From Lepidodermella squamata (lineage: Eukaryota; Animalia; Gastrotricha): a stretch of DNA of 64,000 nucleotides. Position numbers and translations under genes: made by a program. Where the stretch lies: NCBI GenBank assembly GCA_047495785.1, contig JBLDXI010000015.1:992001-1056000 (forward strand). The letters run 5' to 3'. The notes beneath the pieces are model-generated. The model saw nothing but the letters and a program-made list of their open reading frames with translations. It was not told the DNA's origin and did not search any database. Positions 48,411 through 59,626 of the stretch are shown piece after piece; positions within the stretch are counted from its first letter, which is position 1, and every line of letters begins with the position of its first letter.

Positions 48411-48748
48411 TTAATCAATTATTTTGTTCCATATTTACAATTCACCTAATTTAAATCTAATTATTTATGTCATCACAAAATTTGCGCTCTTATCTATTGC
48501 TGCAATAAAATTGCGCGATAGTGCGGTCCGCGGATTTTGAAATTCGCTTCTCACACACAAAACTAGACGTTTTAATTGCTACGAATCGTCGAAAGATGAG
48601 CGCTGGGGCGACCCGATTTTATTGCCCTGGCCGGATAATGACGGGCTAACAGAGAGGTCACAAATTTTAATCCGCCCATCAAAACGAAGCCTCATCGTTG
48701 ACGTCGTTTAATGCTGTCATTTTCTCTTAATTTTTCCGCCTGTGAACA

Positions 48749-51315
48749 ATGAAAGGCCAGTCCATGCGTAGAAAACAACATTCAGCTGGCAGTGTCAGGC
48801 AAACCACCGCCATCACGAATCACCCGTCATTCTCGCGGCCGGGATGCGACCCGTTCAACCCGAACTACGCGCCTTTCGCTACCGATTCAATGCTGTCGTC
48901 GATTTCCGGCTTTCCGCCACCACCTGCTCATCAGTCCAAGTCGAATGTGAATTTGTTCCCGGTTGCTGATACGTTTACCGGTAATTCAGCCTCGCCGACG
49001 CCGTCACTTCTGCTGCTGAGCCCGTCGCCGACCTACGAAGCGTTCATGCAGCATATCGACGTTCGGATTGAACCGCTTATGCAGAGTGTCAACCGAATCG
49101 AAGCGGCTGTTATGGCTATTCATCAGCTCTTCGCTGTGAATCAGCAGCAGCAAGCAAGTATGTTTCATTGCTCCTAGGCTCCGTATTTTTCGGCTTTCGA
49201 TTTTTTCGGAATTTCCCGAGAAACGTTGCAAAACCTTTATACCTCCTTCATTTTCCTAGTTTCTTTGGTTAAATCGGTGATTAATCGGCATTTATTCGGG
49301 TTGCAGCCTGGATTCGGCATTGAGACAAAAGTTTATTTTGTCAAAGTTCGATTAAAAATTGAATTTTAAATTTTTTTAATCGCCCTAGAAATATGGCATA
49401 CAAATTTTAATTACAGAACACTTTCCGAAATGGCTGTTGGTAGCAGGGTTTTTTACTTTTGTCGGCTGAAGCCTCCAAAAATGAATCGATTTGTTTCGAT
49501 TTTACAGGACTTATTTGATTTTATTCAAAGAAAGAGAATTTTGCGGGATATTTTTTAATTTTCGCCCAATGTTTTGGATCAACTGATCAACGGCTTGAGC
49601 TTAAACGTTTTTCGTTGAACATAGATAGCTCGTTAGCTTATTTTTGTCTGCTCTTCTCTATGCCATTTACTGCCCTGAATGTTGATTTAATAAGAAATTT
49701 AAACCTGTGTTTTCAAAAGCCGAATTTTCGATAAAATCTGCCCTTCTAGCGTTCGATGTATAAGCTGTGCTATCATCTGTTTTTTTACTCATTTTTGGCG
49801 AGATTGTTTTATTTTTAGAGAATGTTCTGAAATCTGTCTTCAATTATTTTCTTTCGATTTTTCGATTTTAGTTGTGAATGCTATCGCGATTCAAGCCTTC
49901 AATGCGCACTTGCCGGTTATCGTGCAAAATCCGCAATCGTCGCAACAACCACCAAAAACAGAGCAGCAGCAACAACAACACCAGGACGGCGATGAAACCT
50001 TGTTGGCGAGTGGCGGAAATGCGTCCGCCGATTCTGACCTCATTTTCGGCGACTCGGTGCTGTTGGCGCGACGCCGGCGTCGTAGTAGCCATCACCACCG
50101 TCGTCATCGCGTCAGCGCGGCGCTGTCGATGAGCACGGCTTACTCGTCGTCGCTGATTGGCTGTCTGGACGATAACGACGAAATTCACCCGCCATCAACC
50201 GCCCATGCGACTCAGGTAAGCTCGAGATTTGCCAGAAATATTTATACGGAACGAAATTGTTTTCAAAAATTATTCGCAACATTTAATAAAAAAAATTTAA
50301 AAACCTGACGGAGCTGTCAACACATGGCAAAATTGCAAGTTTTTTTCATATTAAGGAGGATTTTTTATTTCGTCCAAATTTTTACTTAATTATTTTAATT
50401 TTTGGGAAAAATGGTTTGAAAATTCTGTTACCTATGCGAAATAATTTTTTTAAATTTCAATAGAGCGCTGCTGCGGGGATCGAACGAGGCGGCTCATCGT
50501 CGGGATACGCGTCGTCCCCGCCGCCGCATTTTAACGAAGGTCTGGCTGCGTTGCCGCTGTTTACGAAAAACGGCGTGTTGCAGTCGGCACTGGCTCATCA
50601 TCACTACTTGACCCCGCCGCAGGTCTGCCCCGAATCGCCGCCGCTTTCATCACCGCCGTACCTCGGCGATTGCAGCAGGTCATCGCGCGCCACCACCAGC
50701 CGGCATGACCCAGTTTTAATTGCAGTGGCGAAAAGCAGCGATCAAGCAATAAAAGACGAAAAGCCGCAGCAAGGCAGTGAAGAGGCTGATGCGTTTCATG
50801 TTCTGCATAAAGACTGCCGAGCGCGGACCGGCGGCATCGGGCGGGTGCAACGGCGATGCAGCTGCTGCTTGCAAATACTCAAGTGAGATAGATTCACGCA
50901 ATAAAATAAAAACTGCAAAAATTGTATAATAAATTACTATAAATAGAACAACTTTAAGGAGGATTTTTATTTTAAACCTTTATTTTAAAATAAAAATCGG
51001 GAATTTTTTCATCGAGCTTGTTCATTTTTTATTCCTTTTTTCAGGTCAAGGGGTCATACGTATGCGGTGCGTTGGGCTCGTGCGCGCAGAACGAGTTACT
51101 ACTGCGCGACCTGCCCGAACCAGCCGGCTTTTTGTAAGCCATGCTTTGAATTGCACAACGTCAAAACAGGCCGAAATGATGCTCCGGAAGAAATCGACGA
51201 TCCGATGAATTTGGTCAAAAATCAACCTGAGCCGAATGAAATCGGCGAAACCACTGCGACTCCCATTTTTGACATTCTACCGGTTTGCAGCAATAAACCT
51301 CAATCGAAGGACTGA
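48749..51315 (+). CDS. Low-complexity protein (~480 aa) with C-terminal piggyBac-type Cys-rich zinc domain (48749-49157; 49872-50215; 50464-50882; 51045-51315)
   Basis: Four exons joined in phases 1/0/2. C-terminus reads H…RVQRRCSCC…RRTSYYCATCPNQPAFCKPCFELHN. No DDD catalytic core. Confidence 0.75.
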
Positions 51316-52675
51316 GTTCACTCTCTGATCGTTGTCAGCCTACCCCAGCCTTGCGTTTTCCAATGGCCGTACGGATGTGATTGCTTTGCATTATTTCTAA
51401 CTGTCTAAATTGTCGATAAATTGAACTATGACTGCTGCGGAGTGAATCTTGTAATTGATTTGATTTGCGAATAAATAGTTGCTCTATAAGTTGACTTTTA
51501 ATATTTTGGAGAGAAATATCAGTTTTGGTTTGGAGTAATTCATTTTTTGAAAAGACACTTGATCGAAATGACACGAAATCGAGTCGTCACAGGATGCTCG
51601 AAATTGATACTTGGAACACGCTTTCGCCGCAATCGGAAGCAGAAATGAAAGCCAGCGTGGTCAAACGCCAGGAAACGTGTTCATGCCTACCGCGATTTTA
51701 AGCGTACTTTTTAACGCAATTAACGATGATGACGTAAATTGCAAGAAATATCGCTCGATTTCTGATTTTTTCAAAGTGATGGATCCTCCATTCTCAAATT
51801 TAGTTTTTTACTAAACTGCAACTGATAAAAAAATCGGGAGTAATTTTTTTATAATTTTTTTCTTTAAATGTTCTAATAGCCTAATGACGCAGGGTAAACC
51901 GTCCTATTTTTAACTTTCTATTGGCACCCTTGAACTAGTGACGTACAAAGTCACGATGGGACAAAGTCGCGACAAAAGTCACACTCATAAAAATTGCCGA
52001 TTCAGCGTTAATTGAATCACGAAAAAGCCGCGCCACTGGTTGCATCCAGTCACATTTTTCCGCTCACCCTTGCTCGCGGTGGTCACAATGATCGGAAGTT
52101 CGCCACAACTAAATCTAATTTAAAAATTAAAAATTAACAGTCACATTTTTTAGGTCATTTATTGCTCGTCATCCCATATAAAAACGCGTCATTGTTAAAA
52201 AATATGATTTTTTTTGTCTCATTCGAGGTAGGTAAACAATAGATTAATTTGAGGCGCAAGTATGGCCGCAGAACCTTATCAGTAATGAATAGTGTAAACC
52301 GTTCACCCGTACTCATAATTTATTCATTTTTTCCACGTACGACAAAGTCACCCTTCAGCAATTCGCCCGTTATTTGCTTGCTAATTTCCTTTTCCTTCTC
52401 AGCATGAGACCGTGACATGTAGAAAAAATGCAATGGTGGCGATGACAAAAACACACTTGTTTTATTAGCAGCGAAAAAAACGCGATTGTACTTCCTTGAA
52501 AATCAATTGATTGCGAGTTCAATTAACAAAATCACACCCGCGGAGAGTGGGGCGGGATTCTTTTTATAAATCTACGCCCCCTCTTTAAAGTGGAGCTAGA
52601 GATGCGTGATTTGCTATGACCCTAAATTTTCGTATTAAATATATTTGCAAGTAATTTTTTCAGAAATTTTAGAAA

Positions 52676-53632
52676 ATGAACATTTCAACTATAATTGCCG
52701 CGGTGATTCTCGGCTGTGTGGTTCAATTGGAGGCTAAATCAACGGCCGATCAAATTAACCACCTTGCAAGTATACTCGATCAATTCTACGGCTTGGATCC
52801 AGAAGGTAATTTAAAAAAATATTTAATTCTTTTTTTTTATATTTTTCATTTTTTTTCAGCTGATAGCGCTATCGAGTCATCAGAGATTGAACCTGAAGGC
52901 GATGATACGTCATTCGAAGATTTGTCATTACGCGTGGCCGAATGGTGCCGGTTATCGGGCCAGTGCGGTTCTCTGACCTCATCCGAGCTCGTGGCGCCGG
53001 AGGTTGTCGAAAGCAAACCGAAACGCTCGGCTAATTCCCTCGCTGATATGTGCAAAATGTTCAAAGAAGGCGGCACCAAACTGCCGGTGAAATGCCGCCG
53101 AGAGGACGAAGATGAAGGTAAGAAAAATCGCTATTTGGAAATATTTCTAGAAAATTAAAAAAAATTGTAAAAAATTATCCTAAAACTGAAAAACATCTTT
53201 TGCTGAAATAATATTTGATAAAATTGAAATTTTTCTCAATTTTCATAATTTTCAACAAATTTTCAATTTTTCGTTTTTTTCATTATTTTTTCATTAATTT
53301 TAATTTAATTTTTTTTTTGAAATTTTTCCTCAGCAATTCCGAAGCCAGCGAAGCGTGGCGCGTCACCGTTGCGTGACATGTGCAAATATTATGGTCTCAA
53401 GTGCAAGCGATCTTCGCCGCCCGAAAATCAGCCATCAACTTCTAATCTCGGCAACGTTGATTTGAACACTCTCATGTCGCTGTCCAGCGACGAAGACGAC
53501 CTCTACGAATACGTTGTCGAGCACTTCCTCGATCAATGCCGCAAGACTAAGCAGTGTGATTTCCGCAAATTTCTCGCCGACGTCAACGCCGCGGTGCGGA
53601 CGATCACGCAGAACGTGAACAGCCAGATGTAA
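52676..53632 (+). CDS. Putative neuropeptide/prohormone precursor, ~228 aa (52676-52805; 52860-53117; 53334-53632)
   Basis: Signal peptide, acidic spacers and two related two-Cys peptides bounded by KR/RR: SANSLADMCKMFKEGGTKLPVKC and GASPLRDMCKYYGLKC. Confidence 0.8.
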
Positions 53633-53946
53633 TGAAAAGTGGTACACAAATCGATATGATTTATCTGATTATATTTATTTGATTGTAAAAAAAAAGATTT
53701 ATTTTCCCAGAAAAATTGTCATGTTTGCATCTGCCCTTATAAATCCCGAATGAATTTGAGTGCGCTAAAACATTTGAAATAAACGAGCAGTTAAGTTACA
53801 AGAGCAGCAAGACTGGTATGAAAATACGGCAAAAATTGAAGTTGGGCGAGCTAAGTGCTGGGTTGAGCGTTGTAGAGGTTTCCGAGTTGAATGTTATTCG
53901 ATATTCTCATTCGATATTCGATATTAATTATTTATTATGGTCCTGT

Positions 53947-54107
53947 CTATGTGAACACATGATTGTGTATCGCCCAATGGCTATTCGTACACATTGTGTG
54001 TGCGTGATTGGCTACTTGAACACAGCGCGCGCTTAAATCTGGCTGTCTGTCACGCAATGTGTGTACGCATAGTCATTGGGCGATACACTTTTCCTGTGTT
54101 CACATAG
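53947..54107. repeat. Inverted repeat/MITE-like hairpin with ~55-bp arms
   Basis: CTATGTGAACACA…GTGTATCGCCCAATG pairs with CATTGGGCGATACAC…TGTGTTCACATAG. Confidence 0.75.
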
Positions 54108-54202
54108 CCACATCCATTTATTATCATGTTCAACCGATAGATCTCACTTTTACTGACATTTTGCGCTCTCATCAGTCAGTTTACGACTTTTTCTTCAGCT
54201 AG

Positions 54203-54260
54203 TAGAACCGATATCGATTCCAAGTATCGATTTTACAAATCAGTGATTTTTCCGACATCT
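54203..54260 (+). repeat. Copy of the ATCGAT-rich dispersed repeat terminus
   Basis: Near-identical to the reverse complement of 14237-14294. Confidence 0.7.
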
Positions 54261-54374
54261 TATGTGGTCAAATTCACGTAGTCGATGAGCAAGAATTGAA
54301 ATCGGGAAAATCTTACACCGGTACCAAATTTCATTTAATTCAATACCTAACCATTTTATTGGTATTTTAGCTGG

Positions 54375-54407
54375 TTAGGGTTAGGGTTAGGGTTAGGTTA
54401 GGGTTAG
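54375..54407 (+). repeat. Interstitial telomere-like (TTAGGG)n
   Basis: (TTAGGG)3 TTAGG TTAGGG TTAG. Confidence 0.85.
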
Positions 54408-54783
54408 ATAAGGGTTGAAGACTAGTTCTTCAATTTGGGATTTAGAACTGTTTGGAATAATTTGGTACGGAATTCAATGATATTTGTTACTGAATTCAAT
54501 AAGTCGGTAATATCCCTTGCAATCGCGAATAATTATGGGTCGTCGATGGTATAAGTTTAAGCTGGGGGACCTCTAACAACTCGTTCAAAATGGCTCATTC
54601 AACCGCTTTTCTAGCGCTGCTGATTTGCGTGGCGCATTTGGCGTTCGCAAAGATGTCAAATTTTGACTTGGGCACGTACATTCATTCAGCTTTCAGCATT
54701 CAGCTCAGCTAATGGTTGCACCCCGCACCATACCTACGCAATCGATAGTGAGAAAAGTGATGAAAAACAATATATATCCACCT

Positions 54784-54882
54784 CATAGACATAATTTAGG
54801 ATGAATCAGCTGACCATCTGGTGCCCATGGCGTAGCACCCTTTTTCTCGTGAGTAAGCAGTCTATCCTAAATTATGTCTATG
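54784..54882. mobile_element. 99-bp MITE with 19-bp perfect TIR and 8-bp TSD (P or hAT superfamily)
   Basis: ATCCACCT-CATAGACATAATTTAGGAT … ATCCTAAATTATGTCTATG-ATCCACCT. Confidence 0.9.
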
Positions 54883-55132
54883 ATCCACCTCTACATAATT
54901 CGAAATGCCTCTCTACCTGAAGCGCCAAGCTGGACATCATATTTTAAGATTCCATTGAAAGGAAACGGCTTCGAAATTTCGAAATGAACGTACTCAAAAT
55001 GAAAGTGCTCAATATTTCTTGCATATACTTGCAGCTTTATTTACGCTACACAACAGCGGTTTACGTCATCCATTTCCGAAACGTAGGCATTTCGAAGATC
55101 AAGGGTGTCTCACGATCCAACAAAGAAATTCT

Positions 55133-55966
55133 TCACAACATGCTCAAACCGATTAGCAATAGTGCCAAGTGTAGATAGTGAACAACGCTAATAGTTCCAC
55201 TTGCCTGTCCTGTCAGAGCTTTCGCTTTGCCCGTACAGTATTGATCGACGCGGCGTTGGAACATAATGCGATACGCTTCTTTGCCACGGTAACACGGCTG
55301 ATTCGTGCTCGACGATAGCCTGCCAAGGAAACACTTGTTCAGCTCACATTTTTGTTTGCTAAGATTGTGGCAATGCTTGGCTCCGATGACGTTAGCTGAA
55401 AGGCGGCAGTCTCCGAAAATGATGCTGTCGTAGCCTTTCGACAGAATTTCAGCTGTTTTGTTGATATCCTTGCGAATGCTTTTCGCGAACTCAGATGCTA
55501 CTTTGGTCTGCTTTTTGAACAAACAATCGATCAGGAGCTCATGGCTAAATCTGAAAATAAGCAAAAAAATCACATGTCAGCAATATATAATACAGAGATA
55601 AGACCGGGCAAAACGGTTGAATTCCGAACGCATTCCCATATGCAATGCAACGAGGTAAGCGAATTCGAAAGACTGAACCATTTTGCATGCGGTGGAATCC
55701 GTGGGCTTTGGTTTTGGGAGAAAAACGAGGCAAATTTGCTTGGCTTTGCCTGATTTTGAGGCCCATTTATGGTTATGCGGAACTCACGTTTTCTCGATAG
55801 CATCCCAGTGCTTTTGTCGGCATTCAAACAGTGTGTTATTGCCTCCGAAATTCTGAATGATAAATTTGAAGAATTCCTCATTTAGAGCATCAGACTCTGT
55901 GATGTAACGTTCGTATGCTAAGCCAGTACCAGCGCTGATGGAGAGTAGAATGAAAACTGAAAGCAT
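55133..55966 (-). CDS. Secreted 8-Cys protein, probably GPI-anchored, ~198 aa (55966-55788; 55550-55133)
   Basis: Signal peptide, phase-2 intron, and a C-terminal small-residue spacer plus hydrophobic tail (GQASGTISVVHYLHLALLLIGLSML). Confidence 0.75.
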
Positions 55967-57370
55967 TTCGCCTCGAATGTTTTTTCACCCCTTAAAATGT
56001 TGATGGCAGAGAATCTACTGAAATAAAGACTACCAACCACCTTAGTACTTTTGCTCCTCTGAGTACTGGTCTCATATTGTTTGTTGTCTTTTACTGCAGC
56101 TGTAAGAGGTTGCTGGCCGCAATTGTGTTTTCATCGAATTTCATGTACCGAGAAGAAGAAAAAGGGAAATACGCTTTTATTTTGTTCAAATAGAATTCGA
56201 CTCCCGGTGTGGCTGTGTATAATATGCGAGAATTTATATATCAGCTCAAACTAGGAGAAATCGAGGTTTTTAAACAGCTTTTAAGGAAGTAGGACTGAGC
56301 TGTTGAGAGAACACTTGAGCAGAAATGAACATTTCTGCGTTTCTAAGAGGGTAAATACATGTCGTTAGAGTCGAGTGACAGCCTTTGAATCTGCTCTTCA
56401 CAACCGTAGACGCTCTCGTTCTCCACAGCGTACTCTGCAGCAGCTATGGCTTTGCTCAGATGTGCAGCTTGTACCGGAGAAACCTCAGAGGTCAGGCGAC
56501 CTAGCCAGGCCATTACATGATTCGCTGCTTTTGCCGCAGCTACATTCTGACTTATTTCCGACATATTATAATTAAAAAGGCGTTTCTACAGTCAAAAATG
56601 ACCAAAAAAGTGAAAGAAAAAATATATATGAGGAGACGCGCAAATGTAAAACCATTCACGCAATCGCTAGCACATAATTTCTAAAGCGGCGTTTCTTCTT
56701 TCCTCTTCTGCCTTGAGCAATTTTCTTTCTATACATCGGTATAACAGCTGATTATCTCCTGCATATTACGCGAGCAGAAATTCACCCGAGCAAACATGTC
56801 GTCCGTTTTCAATTTTCCATTCATCATCACTACTGAAGTCTGATGTTTTCATTCGTTTGGTTGTTATTATTGGAGCGAAAACGGAAAATTTGACGTGTGA
56901 AATGAGATTCAAGTACCCGGGGATGGGGCATCGGGTATCCTACCCCTCAGTTCGCAAGCCCAGGGTAGAAAACCTCCCAAAAGTCCCAAAACGAGGGACC
57001 CTTTGGTCATGAAATGTTAGTCTGAAAACACCCCTAACCCCAGTTTGGGGATACACTGCTTAAGAAAAATATCATCTGAGCGGTGCGTCTAATAAGTGGC
57101 ATGTTCAACTTTCAGCATTCAGTAACGTTTTGATCTGGATATTTGGATTTGATCCGTTACCGTTTATAATTTCCTATGTTTCGAGTCAGAACGCACACTC
57201 AGTTTCGACTTCACGCCCACTACCTTGCATTATCGGTGTAATAAGAGAAAACTACTGGGAGCGACTAATATATGAAATACGAAATACTGTAAGCTCGCGT
57301 TTCTACCATTTTCACACTGTGCGGTCGTTATGGCAGCCAGATATTAGGACTTGTTGTATTCTTGGGCGGC

Positions 57371-58561
57371 ATGGAGATAAGCGGTGAGAATTTCTCTTTA
57401 GCATGTGAACAATCATTTTCAAAGCACAGATCGAAACCCTGCAAGTCGTTATACCAGATTTTAGATTGCGATGGGAAAATCGGAAATGTCGACATAGCTC
57501 ATGAATTTTATCTGTATCCAAAGAACGTTCGCCGGGCTGTGGTTAGGAAACTGTTGAAAGATCTCCAGTCCCGTCATACAGATTCGGGCTATTCTCGGCT
57601 AGCTACTGTGGTTCGAATCGAGCCAGATCTGCTCAGAAATGGCGTCCTCAATCGATATTTGGACAAAGCGTTGATGAAGTATGGTAACCAAAGTTACATT
57701 GAAGACTTGATCCAACTTGGTGCTGTGGCATCCTTGGTCGAAGTTATCGAAAACAACAATTACTCTCACAATTACTCAAAGAAGGACATAATCCAGTTGG
57801 TGGAGAACGGAGCTGATACTCTCGAGCTGTCAGAAACAACTGGTTTTAACATCATGCACCATGCTTGTTCGGACGAAGACCAGTCTTCTCTGGTATTCTG
57901 GCTAGTCGAGAGAAATAACCGAGCTTTAATTCAATCGAAAAGTTCCTCAGGTCGTGACGCTTTGAGGGTGGCTCTCGAGTACGGAAATTACGAAGTCGCG
58001 CTCTGGCTTGTCCGACATCCTAACAGCGAATTTCTAGCTTTTGCTAAGGATGATCAACTGACAACAGCTTTAGACTGGGCTGCTTTCGAGTTCACGAACG
58101 AAGCCTGGCGGAGTCCAATTGAAATATATTCGCTGTTGGTCAGGCTAATCAAATCGTTAATTCTAGCAGGGTGTTCGATTTCGTGGTACAAAGTAACTGC
58201 AGTCGCGTTGTTGGAACTTGAACGAAAGCTATCAGGGGCTAATTCGATAAGCGACCCTGAAACCGACCTAATCGAGCTTTTGCTTTCGGCTAGACAATCT
58301 TCAAGCTTCTCCGCGAGTGAATTCATGCTTGGCTTTTCTTCAGAAGGTGACTATCAAACAGGCGAGAAGGCGCTTTCACTCGCTATATTGGTCTTCCCGA
58401 TGACCCTTCAGCAAATTACGAGAATGGCCGTGCTTAAATGTCTGCCGAAAGGCTACATATCGCGTGCTAAAGCTATTGATGAAGGACTTGCGGATCATGT
58501 TCCATCCCCTGTTCGAGACTATTTGAATTTCAAGAAATCAGTGTATTTCAAATCAATTTAA
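57371..58561 (+). CDS. Ankyrin repeat and SOCS box protein, single exon
   Basis: Ankyrin-like GFNIMHHAC, GRDALRVALEYGNYEVALWLV and TTALDWAA; SOCS box PMTLQQITRMAV…VPSPVRDYL. Confidence 0.8.
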   Translation: MEISGENFSLACEQSFSKHRSKPCKSLYQILDCDGKIGNVDIAHEFYLYPKNVRRAVVRKLLKDLQSRHTDSGYSRLATVVRIEPDLLRNGVLNRYLDKALMKYGNQSYIEDLIQLGAVASLVEVIENNNYSHNYSKKDIIQLVENGADTLELSETTGFNIMHHACSDEDQSSLVFWLVERNNRALIQSKSSSGRDALRVALEYGNYEVALWLVRHPNSEFLAFAKDDQLTTALDWAAFEFTNEAWRSPIEIYSLLVRLIKSLILAGCSISWYKVTAVALLELERKLSGANSISDPETDLIELLLSARQSSSFSASEFMLGFSSEGDYQTGEKALSLAILVFPMTLQQITRMAVLKCLPKGYISRAKAIDEGLADHVPSPVRDYLNFKKSVYFKSI

Positions 58562-58901
58562 ATATTTGAATAAAAATGAAAAATACCTATTTGAATCAAA
58601 TCTCCAGAATTCCTTATCCACCTCGGTTTCTGGTGTTTCTGTTTTCCTCACGGAATCAACTTTCATTTCACGGATAAGGATAAGGTTTTCCAAAACTAGA
58701 ACACCCTATTCCACTTTCTAAACCCTAGCGTCGCCAATTGTCTTCTTACTGGACTAAACGGCACAAGATAGCAACGTTTTATTGATTTTCTAGCCCTTCA
58801 CCTCACAAAAGCGGATAAATTTTAAACCGGAATTCCAAGTTTAAGCAGTTTTTAGCTAAAGCGACGCGTGTGCTGAGATGAAATGAGTTTCCCGAACTTG
58901 A

Positions 58902-59626
58902 TTAGCAGTATGACTTGGAGATGATGTTGGCGGCAATGACGAAAGCAGGCTTGCCCTTGGCGCACTCCGGGGCATTGTGCTGCGGTATTGCTCCCGCGAT
59001 GCATTGGGCAAGTTGGCAATAATCAGCGTTGGTGCCATTGGTTGCCTTGCTGATGTCGCAGCTTGTGTTGACAAGTTGATCGTAGACTCGGCAGCCGTTA
59101 AAGATGACATCAGACATGCCAGCTGACAGAAGTGATTGGGTTGTCGCTAGAGGCTGGCCGATTTCTGTAAAAAAATATCGAGAAAACAGAAATGCGGCTG
59201 GAATTCAATCACCAAACTATTACGCGTTAACAATGTTCTATATGCATATTTTGCAGTGATATGCAAATGAAGGATGCGGTTCTTGAATATGCAAATTTGT
59301 AAATCTTACGCGTGGCAACGGCATTGGCGATTGCTGGTTGAAGCTGGAAAACGCAGGAGAAAAACGAGTCGTAGTTTTGGCTGAAAGAGGAATTGTTATC
59401 AATTTATAATCACCGGTATATTTTTTAATCAGATAGCTAACCTGAAATAAACAGTATTCCAATTCTGATTGTAGCATGTGCTGAACGCATTGTTCTTGTC
59501 GAAAGTTTGATACATTAGTCCGATGTATTGGTTATTGCCCAAGTCAGGGTTAGGGCTGTTCGGGTTGTACACAGTGATAGCACAGGCCACGGCGACAGTC
59601 GACAGAAGGGCAATGCAACGGAGCAT
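58902..59626 (-). CDS. Secreted 8-Cys protein, ~172 aa, paralogue of 55133-55966 (59626-59442; 59380-59310; 59164-58902)
   Basis: Signal peptide MLRCIALLSTVAVACA; exons join in phases 2/1; cysteine pattern aligns with the GPI-tailed paralogue. Confidence 0.75.

Noticed and set aside
56343-56860. Possible small spliced minus-strand gene (…AAAKAANHVMAWLGRL…)
   Set aside because: It looks coding, but I could not build a phase-consistent exon model or recognise a domain.
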